Assembly (NCBI GenBank): GCA_051294905.1
Contig: CM119373.1
Span: 4,714,001 to 4,778,000 of the forward strand
Length of the DNA: 64,000 bases
Direction: 5' to 3'
DNA from: Botryllus schlosseri
Taxonomy: Eukaryota
The translations under genes and the position numbers were made by a program. Positions 38,238-51,985 of this stretch are shown here, piece after piece (positions within the stretch are counted from its first letter, which is position 1; the number at the start of each line of letters is the position of its first letter). The notes below the pieces were generated by a model. It worked only from the letters and a program-made list of their open reading frames with translations, did not search any database and had not been told where the DNA came from.

Positions 38238-40002
38238 GGCAATATGCCCATTCAAATCAGCAAATTCTTCCTCCGAAGCCGTAACAGCTAGTTAGGAATA
38301 GCGGTAGGCACAGGTGAATGACTTACTTTGAATAACAACAACAATATCTTTAAACTGAAATCATTTCCAGCATTTCAAAATGCTTACGAAGCGTTCTTCC
38401 GAAATTTCCTGAAATCAGGCCGCGGGCCACAAAATATGACTTCACGGGCCGCATGCGGCCCGCGGGCCGCGTGTTGGTGACCCCTGAGCTATATGGTGGG
38501 TTAGCTGCATCTCACTGTTATCTATGACACAATGGCTTGTAATCAACAAATTCAAATATCCCTGCTAGACAAGACTGTGCCCGAACAATATGTAAATAGG
38601 TCCCTCTGCTAATTCTGGCGTTTAAATTTGAGATAGTTTCCCATTTCACCAATACCCAGGAGAGAACAGCGAAAATGACATTTTCACTGGGCCACCTTCT
38701 TCGGGCTATTGAGTTTGGTAAACTTGCCGAGAGTGTGTTTTTCTGCAATACCATGGGCCTAGTTGGCAGACCTAGGGGGTTTGGGGTGTGTTATTTGATT
38801 GTTTTAAAGGGGGGGGGGGTATCGCTATGATGTTTGGCTTTTTTGGGGAGAATTATTCACGCATTGCAAAATTCTCTTGCTGTGTGCCGAGAAAAATGTA
38901 ATTTTTGGCGGTTTCGCCAGACCGTCCGTTAAATGGTAGAGTAACAAATTTGACAGCTCTGCAGGAACTAGGTTATGCAACGGAACCTTTCGAACATCTC
39001 ATATTATAATAATGCAACCAAAATTGTAAATGCAACTTTTTATTGCAACTTTTGTTAAAATTATATGCAACTTTCTCGCGATTTTAGTGCAACGAAAACT
39101 TGCCCTGGGTATCACTTATCACGGTGGATCAAAACTCCACAATCCAGATATGATTTGAGTGAAGATTTACTCCCCGGGACCTTCCTGCCGCCACTGTAGC
39201 TATATTCCCTAGCTTGAGACTCGTAGCAGTTTTTCACGCAAGTGGTTCAGTCGTTTAGATATGGTAAGCGCCAAATGAAACCGAAGCCGTTCATTTTCGA
39301 GACATGAGATCACTTGATATGCAAATTTTTAGGTTATGCAATCTGTACGCACCACAAAAAAATTAAAGAATGGTTGCATTTTGCTCATTACCGCCAACTG
39401 CCGGGATCGTGGAAAGACTCGACTCGACTCACATACACAGTACGCTTGATCAGTCGTTTCCAATGTGGGCGATATCGATCCCAGTGGGCGATTTTGAGAA
39501 ACAAAGTTGCGAGAATACCTGATGGGGCGATTGGGGGCCGAAAATCTGAGAACGTCCAGTAAGATACTTTTAATTGAAACGACCTGAAAATGCACACGAA
39601 CACGGATTAGTCTGCATATGACGCGAAAGTTGACTAGAAAAGGTCAACTAAACTCAAAGTAGACGTAGAAAACGGCTTTCCGAGCACCGGCTCGAAAAAA
39701 TCGCATGTTTTTAGTGAATGAAACAGCGATCAAAGCTATATGAGTAAATTTTCCGTTCATATGTCGTCTTTTTAGGATCCGTAAATATGGAGGGGGTATA
39801 ATATTTTTGTCGAGCTTGATTAGGGGGATATGAGTCGGAAAACGTCGGGAACTACTACGTTATATTGTAATTCATGAAAGTACATGGATTTCGTTTACAG
39901 TGTGGGTCATTTATGTCATTTCTTTTCATAGAGCGGCAGAATAAACTCGCGTGCTGCTATTGCATTGTTGCTATTGTTGTATTCGAGCTGTATGTTGTTT
40001 AA

Positions 40003-41073
40003 CTCTTTCGACGCCGCGTATCCCCATATGTTCGCTAGAGATTGTCTTCAAAACGCCGCGTATCCCCATATGTTCGCTAAATCGAGAGAGCGTATTTTTG
40101 TCTCGAAAATCTGACATGCCGTTTTGCGTCCATGGCAGTCGGGGCATTGTGTGGTAATGAATTCAAAATTCAAGACTTGCTACTAAGAAACAATTTTGCT
40201 GGATTACCTGTACGAAATAGTAACTTTATTTGATATATATTTCCACGACGGTAATGATTTTCAATAGATGCCAATACCTAAAGACATTTTACATCATTAT
40301 CACCAATCTTTAGCGATATATCGCGCGTTAAGTTAATATACGGATCTACTGAAGCCACCAAGTCAGTACATGTACTGCGACAACACAGACTTCACACCAA
40401 TATATACGTATTTATTCAAGTTTTTCATACGTAAAATTGCATCTGGAGATGACGAGGACTCAACGGAGACAAATAATGATGTTTTTGTGCAGATCGTTGC
40501 TTGTAATCGTACACAAATGGGCTCCGTCGGTATGTTACTGCGCCTGAAAAACAAACTTGAGTACCGGTACTAGCAGAAGTCAAATTTTCGAGCCATTATT
40601 GCGGATTTGACGTCACAATGATAACCTTGAAGCATCGACGGCCGAAGATCATGTCGGCAGCAGTATTTCACGACGGTTCTGAACCTCCGCATTGCCATTG
40701 AAAAGGAATTAACGAGTTAAGGATAATATATTATCAATATATAATATAATAAGAATATTCTGTGAAATTTACAACGTCACAGCTAATCTATAAGTACCAT
40801 AGAAACACCAACAAAATCCATACCTTGGCAGCAGCGCGCCTGAAATCAGCCAAACTTCAGTTCGTACCGAAGCTTGTCCTAGCAACACGACAGCATAAAT
40901 CAAGGCACGTTACGCATCATTAGATAGATATCGTTCGCGGCTACAATACGGACGTAGGTACGTCTCGGTAGCTAAGGTAGCGACGAAGTTACGATCGGTT
41001 GAAATTGGGGTTATTTGGGTAAAATCGCGGCGTTTTGAAGACAATCGTCAAATATAGCTCGGCGTCGAAAGAG
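40003..41073. mobile_element. Non-autonomous piggyBac-like (TTAA) element
   Basis: TTAA|CTCTTTCGACGCCG...CGGCGTCGAAAGAG|TTAA; empty site in R copies 1 and 2; subterminal 27-bp direct repeat. Confidence 0.85.
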
Positions 41074-41648
41074 TTAAAGGGCGGTAACTTATCGGGATAG
41101 TGGTAATTGGGTAAATAATCAGCTGCGTTAAAGGTCGGTGTCTGTGTCTGCAGCGGAAGCAATGAAGCGGCGATTATGCTTACTAGAAATTGCAGATGAT
41201 TATGACTGACAAAGGTAATGTGGGATTAGGACTCCTGGTGCTAAACCTATACCGCGGTTTGCATTGTTTTAACCAATTATTATCGACATCATATATTCAC
41301 ACGCTTACAATATTATGACGATTTGACAAAACGTATAATCCCCGTAATAACTGCGCAATCCTATACCTAGCTGGCGCAAAGATGCATCTCGATCCAAAGT
41401 TCGTGATGAACAGAAACGTCATTTATAATCGTATGCCCGATCCCACGAGCAATCTACGCTGCATATAGTTGTACAGTTGATTACAAAACCTACATTTAAA
41501 CGAGCCATCATGGTATTACTGATGATTTACATGCTTACCCTATTGTGCAATTAAAACCGATGACCTCAAGATGTAAAATTTTGTCTTACGCCTACCCACC
41601 GTTACGGTAAATCCGATTTTACATAATCCTGAATAGCTCCGTAAGCAG

Positions 41649-43352
41649 TAGGGCTCCTCAAAAATGATTTTTTTTCTCAAATCGTACTGGATACCAGTGG
41701 TTCTCAACCGGTGTGCCGCGGCACACTAGTGTGCCAATTGGGCTGCTCAGGTGTACCGCGAGGAAATGTGTTAAATAAGGTCAAAGTATAACAAAAGTAA
41801 AATAATCAAAATTAATGAATATGTCAATGTTGGTGGTTCTATTGAATTTACCCGATAAAAACACGCGATGTACAATGCCAAGTAGTGAACATGAACAGGT
41901 ACAAGGATATCGAGACGACCATAGTTTCGGTGTCTCAATCTAGTAACTCAATCTGGCATCCCCATTAGGTAATGGACTGGGTCTTTATCTAGACTTTTTA
42001 TTGCAACGACGGTCTGAGCTCACAGCAACGCAGGAGCGGAGAATGTCATAAATCTGTGACGCTTCGTAACTTTCTACTGCACTGCCATGAATGAAACTGG
42101 GGCCTCCACCGTCAACGGGTGTGACACGCCAGATTGCTCACATATAGTAGCATTTATGACGATGATAACTGAAATCGCGCAATTGGGCCGTGATGTTGAG
42201 GTGTGGCCGAAGGTCTTCACCTTTTACTAGTCAGTCCCCTCAGAACCGGAGGCTGAACAGCGAAATGACGCAGGTTGATGACCTTTTTCTGTTTCTATTC
42301 GTAGTCATATTCTTGCCAAGTCTTCTTCATCGATAATCATTTTATACCATAACGATATTGCTTATTTTGATTATTGAGATGCCGACTTATATCAAGGCCC
42401 ACTTTTTGTCAGATACTGCTTTTGCAGATCGGAGGACGAGTGCGAGCCTATATAAACCTCAAACATCCAGGAAAGCATACCCTTCCCACCATCGAGAAAT
42501 GAACTCATTTGGAAATGAACTCATTTCAAAGTGATGTTCACGTTTACAACTTATAATTGGCAACATAGACATTCACATTGCGATTATTGTTAGGTAGCGT
42601 GCCGACACTGTAGGTAAAATGAAGGCTCGTGGTGCAACGTGATGTTGCAGGCGGTGGATTTGGGAATTGAGAAGCAAAGTTGATGAAATTATATTAGTTA
42701 ACAAATTGTCCCGACTCTGATATTTATTATCCCGGTTTGTTGGAACTATAAATTGAACTGCGCGTGGCTGCCAGTAACACTACTTAGGTATTGCCATCCT
42801 CAGTCTATTACACGATATGCGTGGATATGAGTTTAACATCCATATATACGCCTCTACGCCTCCGTATTTGTTAGTGGCAATCGTGATTGGACTCTTCGAT
42901 GCGACGGTTAATTATATTGACAATCCAATAGTGGGCGGAATTCATTGTGATAAGTCAATCTTATGAAACTAATCTCAGCCCGAAGTTTATCTGATGATAT
43001 TAAAATATCCGATGATTCAAAACCTCACACGGAAGCGGATACAGTTCTTCTTCCGGCCTGCACTAGAAATGTGGAAAAATGTTTGGGAAGAATTGAAAAC
43101 GATTCCCACGTCAAAGGATACCATTCGTAGACGTATTTGGGACATGTCCGAAGAGATGAAGGAAAACATATTTTCTTATTTGAAGCAGATTAAAGCCTCC
43201 TTGAGTGCTCCGAAAAAGTAGAAGTGCTTCGTCAGTGCGGCTACTGGTTGGAATTTAACCAAATTTTGTGTGTAGGCTTAAATTAGGTAACCTAACAATT
43301 TTATCAACTAGCCAGTACGATTTGAAAAAAAAATCATTTTTGAAGAGCCCTA
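41649..43352. mobile_element. TAGGGCTC-terminus element with about 40-bp TIRs carrying pieces of a Buster-type hAT
   Basis: TAGGGCTCCTCAAAAATGATTTTT...AAAATCATTTTTGAAGAGCCCTA termini; imperfect TSD GTAAGCAG/GTAGTCAG; absent from R copies 1 and 2. Confidence 0.8.
43020..43200 (+). pseudogene. Buster/ZBED5-like hAT transposase remnant
   Basis: KPHTEADTVLLPA(frameshift)ALEMWKNVWEELKTIPTSKDTIRRRIWDMSEEMKE resembles KPHTIAExLILPA...IPLSNDTVxRRIxDM. Confidence 0.8.
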
Positions 43353-43577
43353 GTAGTCAGTGCTGCGCGCAATGCATTTTCAAACCAGGTGGTCATAATC
43401 AGTAATAATAATTATTATACTTATTTTTTCGGGGTGCTCAAATAGACTTGCCTAATTGCGGTATTTACTCGACTGTTAATGATTTTGGACTGCTTACACT
43501 TCTTGAGAATTGTAAGTTTCTTTGGCCAACCTAGGCCTAGAATATTTACTCTTTTACTTACTTGGATTGGTCATTGT

Positions 43578-44086
43578 TAGGGCTGGGCAAAATCGAGTAC
43601 CTGGGTGATTCGATTCTGAATCACGTAAAATGCTTCGAGTCGAGTATTCGAGTATCACTCATTATGACGTCACAACGGAATGTACTATGTCAAAGTTCAA
43701 ATATGTGCCTTTTATGCCACCACGAAGAACATAATGCCTCTTATCTGTCACATTAAAGATACTTGGTATTTTTTCGACCATACCGATTTCATTGCACTTC
43801 TTGACAATGTGGTGGGACGATCATGACCTCGTAAATGTGTTATTTCCAGTAACGTTCCTAGCTTTGTACTATGTCTCGTACGCTGCGATACCGCCAATCA
43901 AGGTTTTAAGGCTTCCTCATTGGAAAATAGTATCAAAACTATAATTATCGTTGGTAAATTAACTTTCAGTTGCGAGGAGCGTATAATTTCAATACTCGAA
44001 AAAATCGTCTTTTACTACTCGACTCGAATCATCAAAATTAATACTCGATTCAGATTCGAGTACTCGAATCATTGTGCCCAGCCCTA
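43578..44086. mobile_element. hAT-type MITE
   Basis: TAGGGCTGGGCA...TGCCCAGCCCTA termini; TSD GTCATTGT. Confidence 0.9.
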
Positions 44087-45875
44087 GTCATTGTACGCGC
44101 ATTTGAGTACACATTTACGCAGTTATTTCTTATACTACTTAAGTGCCGACGATGACTGCTTTGACCAGTGCTGGTTGTCACCAGCGATGTTAGCATAGTG
44201 CACTTTAAGCAAATTCGCTAATTTTAGTCAACCCAACGAATTTCAGGGACTTCAATCAGAATTCTCGCTATTGCGCATGAACTCGCTATCGTGAACTTGC
44301 TCTCATGTCTACGGAGCCGGGATGCGTATTTCCTCTGTCTATCACGTGGAATACATTCTATTCAAGCTTAGCGACTATACTTTCAGATGTTACTGACCGA
44401 CTGTCCCATACTATATTGGGATAACAATATATATAATTGATCAATATCCAAATCAAGAAAACCGTTGGAAATAATTCTGAAATGTGATTCCTAATATTAT
44501 ATGTAGTTAACTATAAATAAGACGCTTCATCAACATTATGCGCTCCATAAATTCTGGCGACGTCGTTGCCGTGTTTTCGTCTTAACACAACGGCAGGTTT
44601 TGTACATCGTCTACACACGCCAGGTCTATATAATTCAGAAATATACGATGGGCAATAGTTTTACATTCAACGAAAATGACATAATAAATTCAGTTCCTAT
44701 AAACAGTCGACTGATTCGAGCGGTAAAAAAATTGTAAAACATATCAAACTCACAACTGTTGTCATCTTTGCTTTTATTCTTCTAATTTATTAGCATAATA
44801 ATGCACATTGTGGCGTGATAGCGATCAAATACGGTCATATACGGCCTGAAGGGGAACGGTGCAGTGAATTATGCGATAAATTGTCCTTTCGATAGCTCTG
44901 AGACTTGGCTACCATCACACCTTTGCCATCACCACCTTGACTCCGGGAGCTTAATTCTGCTGAGAAATTGGCCTGCTCTTTGATTCCACTCCGGCGACTG
45001 ATTAATTATTTCGCTTCCCCCTTCTCTTGTGCCAGTAGGAATGGGCCAACTCGTCGTCTTCTCGGATAGGTGCAAGCAATACCGGCTGCTCGTTCCAACC
45101 TACTGTTATATAGTGCGCCCGCGAATAGCCTCCTGGGATCGGTATGGGGTCCGATTGTATTCTTGGCGTGATGGTTGATGATGCCGGTTTTGTAGTATTA
45201 TTGCAACAGTCATCTTGGAATTGAAGCCTGCTTTTCGAAGTATCACGATGCCGCCGCGTGAAGATTGACATATCGGATCCCATACTTTCATATATCTGTA
45301 TCGCTCTTCTGCAAGATGTTAATAATAACTTCTATTCCAGTCGACCCGACTTTTATACTCCTCTTGTTCTGTGCTTCCATTGCGATCTTTGAAAGCGGAG
45401 CTTTCCCGCTGCGCTTTCCACATTATGCTAGTCCCTAATCGAATCGCTTTGCATGCCTGGACTTATTACCTAACATTTATGAACATGATAAAAATGTCTA
45501 GACAGATTGCTGGGCATGATAAAGTTTGAGGAGCCAGGTAGACCATTGCAGGTGTCTGCTTCGCTCTCTTCGCCTCTTTCACAATAGCCTATAATGCGGC
45601 ATTTTCTCTCTTCAAATAATATACCCATTATCGCTGTTCATACCATTCCTGCGTCCCTGAGTCATGTTCACATTCAATATATGAGGAACAGACTTTTTAA
45701 ATTTTCCTTTCTTGTGCGCGGGAGGGCAACGTGATTTCAATTAGGCTCAGCAGGCTTCACCTGTCAATCGGGCCTTCACAATTCGATTTCCTACATATTT
45801 AGTCATGTGGAGGGACAGGCATTGAATCTTCGGGGGTGACTTGGGATGACTAGATGATGACTAGAATGAATAAAC

Positions 45876-46789
45876 TAGCGATGTTGAGAACCTGAGGTTC
45901 ACGTTCGCGTTCTACGTGTGCACCTCAGAAATTTCGAGGTTCGTGTTCACAAAAGAACCATGATAGGTTCTCCAATGAGAACCTTGGTTCATGTATTACA
46001 ATTTGTCAAGTCATGATAACGTGTCTTTGGTCGACATTCCTTGTCTTTCAACTTCGCTCCACTACCCATGTCAGGATAAAGTATTGGTATGATCCACAGC
46101 TACAACACCAATCAATGGTTGTGTGTTTTCGCGGTTGGCTTCAGAATTCCTGCCCAAGTGTTGGAGTATCTAAGCTCCTCCTTGCCACGTGATCCGCGTA
46201 AGTGGTGTCTTATGAAAGCCTGGAAGTGCGCCGGGCTTACAAGTCGGTAAATGCGGAATCAAAAACAGAATATAGGCCTGGTATAAAAGGACCAATTTAG
46301 TCAAAACACTGCGGATATCATACAAACAAACAATCAAACAAACTTCGGACCACTCTCCAACAATCGCTGTTAGCATGAAAAAAGAAACTCAGCACTAAAG
46401 GAAAATGCACCTTACCAATTTAATAAATCAGTTGCTCGAAAGTTTGCTCGGAATATTTAGCTCTTCGTTTGTGAACATTTCTCTGCTATGAGGTTTGCCA
46501 GCAATCACACAATAGCAAGTACTAATTGTAGGAAGTCAGCAAATGGCGCTCAGTCAACCAATGCATCGATGTCTAATGCAGTAATTCTATCTGGTGTAGG
46601 GGTACTATATTGATTTGATATTTCCTATTGGATACCCGATTAGGATGTTGGTGACTGTATAATTTGTTTTGTGATAATATCTGGCGCAAGTAAAGAAACC
46701 GGTGTTTCACTCGTAAGTAGATATATATATAGATATCTGAGGGTCACAAACACAACGCGAACGTGAACCTCACGTTCACACCATCCCTA
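45876..46789. mobile_element. Older member of the TAGGGATG MITE family containing a SINE
   Basis: Degenerate left end TAGCGATGTTGAGAACCTGAGGTTCACG and right end GTTCACACCATCCCTA; the same left end sits at 34781 in R copy 2. Confidence 0.6.
46070..46343 (+). mobile_element. tRNA-derived SINE (duplicated with R)
   Basis: Same flanks and body as 34978-35253. Confidence 0.7.
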
Positions 46790-48608
46790 GTACTAACACC
46801 TAAATGTCAGGCCAGAAATGTCAGTGGTTCGACAGTTAATTTCTTTGCCTATGAGGCTATATTATCATAGCATTGCTAACGAGTATAGCTAGGAAAGATG
46901 GGGGGAGGTATTGATCTTCAATAATGATGTAGCCCGACGAGTTAACATATTTTTGCAGCTTTAATTCCGGACACTATATAAAGCCTTCCTGCAGGATTTA
47001 CAATGGGGTGAGCTCAGGTGATTGCTAGGGTGTGCAACAGATATCTACACGAGCCGGATGAAATAGTCTGGCGGACTTTATCTGGCCGGCCGGTCGTCTG
47101 TTTAACAGCCCTGCTGTACTGTTAGGTCGGAGCGGTTCTCTGATTGTGTGTTGTAGGCTAACCAGATCCGAAACAACATTTTTGAGCCCCTTCCGCCCAA
47201 AAAAGCATCAAGTTTGGGCCCACCATAGGATAGTCGATGCCACTTTGTGGGGGCGTATTATATACGCATCAGGTTGTTGAATTTTGTCAATATTATTGGT
47301 TCTTCCATATATTGTTATAAAATGCACCAGCAGGTTGCACATCTAGTGGTTTCCAATCTTTTATGGTCGCAACCTCATTTTCAGTTTCCAAATGTTCTGC
47401 GGTACAGCTCGAAAATTGATAGGATGATTACTAATAAAGGTCAGCTTGCTCATATTTACGACCTATTTTGGAAGCTGAAAACGCCCAACATCTTTGCGAA
47501 CCCAAGAATAGAGGCAAGCGGTTTAGAACAACTGTCTTTTCCCTCAAAGCATCCACACGGCCTTAACCAACTCTAGGAATATACCGTTATCATTTATAAT
47601 TTCGATTACAATTGCACTTATTGCAGTAAATGGTGGTTATTGTTATTTCATTTTGACTCCATTGCGACAGACGACGGTGCGTGGTTCCCGTATCAATATC
47701 ACTAAATCGCGGCAAATTTATACAGGCAAATTTTGCTGCTCGACATTAATTTTATTCAATTCAGGCCCAACTTCAATAAATGACGGATGCCAATCGGAAA
47801 AGGATGAAAGGACGGGTGATTATGACACTGTCTGGAAATTACGTGTTGTTGTTCAGATTTTGCCAGTCAGACAGTGTCGACGGATTTGCATATTATGATC
47901 AGTATACTAAATTCGTCGACCGATCGAACAGCTTATGAATTATGACTCACTTATGGTGATTATTGATTATGACTAAAGATCATTTTTCCATGGGTCATGA
48001 AAAGTTGGAGAAATCTGACCTTTGAGGAATTAGTGTCTTAGAAACATTATAATCTACTAATTGCGTGAAATTCGTCAATGCTCATCATTATGGCAATTTT
48101 TTCACCTGAAAAAATCAAATTTTTGACATTTTGTACTCTTAAACTGAATTTGGACCAAATTATTACCAGACGTCAGCAAATTAGGTGTTTTCCCATATAA
48201 TATTAGAATTGGAACTACTTATATTCATTTCTGGTTGGAACTGTCTGACCCTGCGAAGTAGTTTGGTCTTAAAAACACTTTTTGACGCAAAAACCGACGA
48301 AAGTTTATATGAAAAAGCTTTATTTTACCGAAATCTGGGCCTATGAAAAATTCCGGTAGTTACATCACGTATAATCGTAAAATAATTGAAATTTGTTTTG
48401 GTACAACGACAGATACTTTCCTACATTATCGGGTAGAAAGTGTCTGTCGTTACAACGTGGCTTGCCAAGAATGGAGGAAGAAGTTCAACAGCAGCAGCTG
48501 TTGGCTAGCAACACTGAAGTTGTGCGTACACTTCTGATGTCACACCGTGTTGCTTCATTCTAACAATGTGTCTAGATCAAAAATTTTCATCATGACCTTC
48601 TTGATATA

Positions 48609-48879
48609 TTGTTCGTTTTGGGGTATTCATGGTGTTTGTCGACTACTATGGTCATTTACACCTGGCCGATATTCTTCTTATTTTCCGTAACTGCCGACTT
48701 ATACCACGGTCAACCTCTAGGCTTTTGGAAGACACCGCTGACGAAGATGAGGTGGCGAGGAGGAGCCTAGGTAAACCTCCAACACTTATGTATCGGAATT
48801 CGGAAGTCGACCTCGGTCGGGCTCGAACCCGCACCCATTGGTGTTGCAGCCGCGGATTATAACACTGCGCTATCTCGCC
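48609..48879 (-). mobile_element. tRNA-derived SINE, best-preserved copy
   Basis: Minus strand GGCGAGATAGCGCAGTG (A box)...GGTTCGAGCCC (B box), followed by a body shared with the other two copies. Confidence 0.8.
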
Positions 48880-50042
48880 ACAACCCTTCTTGATATAAGA
48901 ACCATGCCAAGCAAATTGTAATATTATGTCAAAATTTTGTAAAGACTTTCCAAAAACATGTTGTATGAGCTTACGGACAATTACCACCCGATATAGCCGA
49001 CGTATATCTTTATGGGATGGTTGGAACCCTAAAAAAATAGTCGGTTGTTAACAATGGAGCTTTATTTACCCTATATTTTCAATTGTCGATGTCGCTCTAC
49101 TATGACGTCACAATTGAATATTCGTGTCGTCATCGCTTTAAAAAAAAATGTCATTTCTAATTTTTTTTGTTTTAAATGCAACCGTAGTTGTAATGCAGCC
49201 GATATTAATGCCATTACAGAAGAAGCACTTTTCAAGTGTCAATTGATCGCGTACAATGTGAGCGCGTGGCCGCGCAAGACTTATAATGCTGTGCTTTGAG
49301 ATGAATAACAAACGTGTCATGAAAACGCACGGGGCGCGAAATTTTGCTTAAGGTTTTGAATGAATTCCGTCAATAAATATGTTACTTGTATATATTGGAG
49401 GTCGCCTCTGTATGCCACTTAGCTTATTTGCCTAGGACAGGATTATTCGGCGTTTAGACATAGCAATATCGAAGGTTTCGGTGAACATTCCTCTATCATT
49501 TTCTGCAAATGTTTCATCGCCGACGATCTCGCTGCGAGCGCACAAGCGAATTCGCATGTTGGAGGACACGTTATGACCTAATTGCGAATATATTTAGACT
49601 CAATCCTGAATATACTGCGTATTTATAATTTTCAGGAGGGGGATCCAATACTAAAAGCAAGAAATCGAGTGACAATAACTCATGCGAACTGCTAAGAAAA
49701 ATTTCAAGTCAAACTAATCTGCTACGAAATATTCCACTTATGGTCATATACGAAGATCTGCGATAAATGTGGCTTTCCCGTGGTTACGCCAATGCGCCGA
49801 AACTGATGTTTTAGTCATCATCAAATTTGCGGTCAGGCCAATCAAATTTTGGGTGGCCTTGCAATTCTAGCTGTCGTTAAAACTAATTCAGAGAATTATC
49901 TCGTGGGCCATATACCTCCACAGGACACGGTTTGGCCGCCCATGGTGTAACGGGACCAATGGACCATACGTTAGTGATTTACGGTGTGGTAAAGTGTGTG
50001 TGTAGGCAGTGATGGTCGTTCTGTAACCAATTTAATGGATAG

Positions 50043-50995
50043 TGTGGCGACATCATGCGGCACCATAACTGTGGTCATCGAAGCGTACAGCACTTTCTCT
50101 CATTATCATGTCGCTTTATATACAAAGTCGTTTGACTGCGCTTAGCTCAGTTCGCTCGAGTGATGCTTACGACGAACTCGTTACCCGCTTAACTTGTGAC
50201 CCCGCAAGCCAGAGATTTCTGCATAGTTCACGCAGCAAGATGAATCCCGAGAATCAGGCACGTTCAGATAGGCTACACCAGCGTTGAACGCAGTGGCTAT
50301 CAAGCTTCCTTCCTTTCAGGCCGCCCTGCAGCGCACCTGGTTTTTCCAGGTCTAGGACTAATTCCAGATCCGAGGAATTACAACAGACAGTACAAAGTTC
50401 TACTACGCGGTCTTCGCCTTAGACCAAGGAACAGCAAGTCGACTTCTTGACATTTTAGAGTAGCCTCTACAGCAAAACAAATACAATGCAATAAAATTAC
50501 GACTTCTTGACACTTTCGACATTCCACGACAGGAGCGCGCAGCGCGACTAATCAGCAGACCGCGTTCTAGCAATCGAAAGCCTTCCGTACTCACGGACTA
50601 GATACTCTCTTCACTAGGTGATCACCAACCGTGTTTACTCTTCGAACGCCTCTTGCAGCATATGCATGAGGACATTCGCTTCGCACTCGTCGAGCAAAAT
50701 ATCACAAATCCTACAGCGAGTTGGCCAAGCAACCGGTCAACATTTTAGTCTTCTTTTAGTGCGGATGTATGTCTTTTTAGTCAGATGTAGAGAAATTTCT
50801 TTACTGACACCGGCGCGAAGTCGGTGCACTACCGCCTGTAAATTACGAACGCCGGTTCAACGAGAAACGCGCTCCGTTGCAAGCGGCTGACGGCAAAATA
50901 ATAACCACATACGGTCACAGAAACGTGACGCTCAACATCTCCGCGGGGACATTCAAATAGGAGTTTAATCCTGGGCACCGTCTCAGAGCACCATA
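50043..50995 (+). mobile_element. Degenerate Ty3/Gypsy retrotransposon 5' part: LTR, PBS-like site, gag, protease
   Basis: TGT-start LTR shared with 59364; TTGTGACCCCG PBS-like motif at 50194; gag AVAIKLPSF...WFFQV...FQIRGITTDSTKFYYAV...LGDHQPCLLFER with stops; protease TDTGA...LQAADGKIITTYGHRNVTLNI. Confidence 0.85.
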
Positions 50996-51357
50996 GCGTT
51001 GACAAATAAAGCGGCAAGTCATCACATGGCACGCGATCAAATTCAAATCCGTAAGATATTTAAGGTTATGCCTACCTACTGTGGGTGATCACATCACCGG
51101 ATCATGGTGCCTTGGAAGCTGTTTCCTGACCTATGATGTGCAAATGCATTTCACAGTAGGCTACTTGGTCTTTAAAAATCTAAACAGCTGCTATCTATTT
51201 TCCCGTAGGTCTATCGTATCTTCCTTTACCATCTAATATTTGCAGATATAATAGACAAAACGTGTAAAAATAAGGCTAAAATGCACAGCAGTAACTAAGT
51301 GACACCGTACCTTTTCACAATTTTGTTCCAAACGCTTCGCAACAATACGTAAGTGGT

Positions 51358-51985
51358 TGCCGCGGGAAGATGGACATATCGGAACCCATACTTTTATATA
51401 TCTGTATCGCTCTACTGTAACTTCTACTCCAGTCGACACAACCTTTATACTCCGCTTGTTCTGTGCTTCGACGCAGGTGAGCAAAAATATTGTGAGAACG
51501 TGATTTCAATCAGGCTCAGTAAGGCTTCCACCTGTCGGTCGGGCCTTCACATTTAGATGTCCGAAATATCTCTCTGAGTTCAAGTATACTCAGTAGTATT
51601 GTGGAGGGACTCGCTGTTGGTGACAAAATCGTACGCATTGAAAAATAGATATTCCCGGTATTGCATGCAGATTTATATTCCCGGTGTTGCTGTTGCATGC
51701 AGTATACGATGTATTTGGTATCATAAATTGTCCTGGTAGGTGAAGTCGTTCTTCTATCCAATCATACGACATATATATATTCTGTGGGCGATTGCAACTC
51801 AAATGATGACGAGAATGGATGTCGTGGACGTGAGGTGTCCGTTCGCGTTCTACGTTCGCGTTCACAAACGAACCTTCATAGATTCGCGTTCACAAACGAA
51901 CCTTGATAGATTCTGCAATGTAAATAGGGTTGCATTTGAAACCAAAATCAATTGAAAACAAACATGTTTGTAACAAGGCCCTCCT
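51358..51985 (+). repeat. Low-copy repeat R, deleted partial copy 4; its 3' part is repeated at about 52790-52968
   Basis: Matches 33655-33800, 34340-34830 and 45250-45375. Confidence 0.75.

Larger units (their letters stand above)
36546..38486. mobile_element. hAT/Buster-like element hosting two nested MITEs
   Basis: CAGGGGTCGCCAAC...GTTGGTGACCCCTG termini; TSD AGCTATAT. Confidence 0.88.
39025..46415 (+). repeat. Low-copy repeat R, copy 3 (longest, with three private insertions)
   Basis: Collinear with copies 1 and 2. Confidence 0.85.

Noticed and set aside
48800..48879. Possible tRNA gene on the minus strand
   Set aside because: It has A and B boxes but no convincing cloverleaf, and it continues into a SINE body shared with other copies
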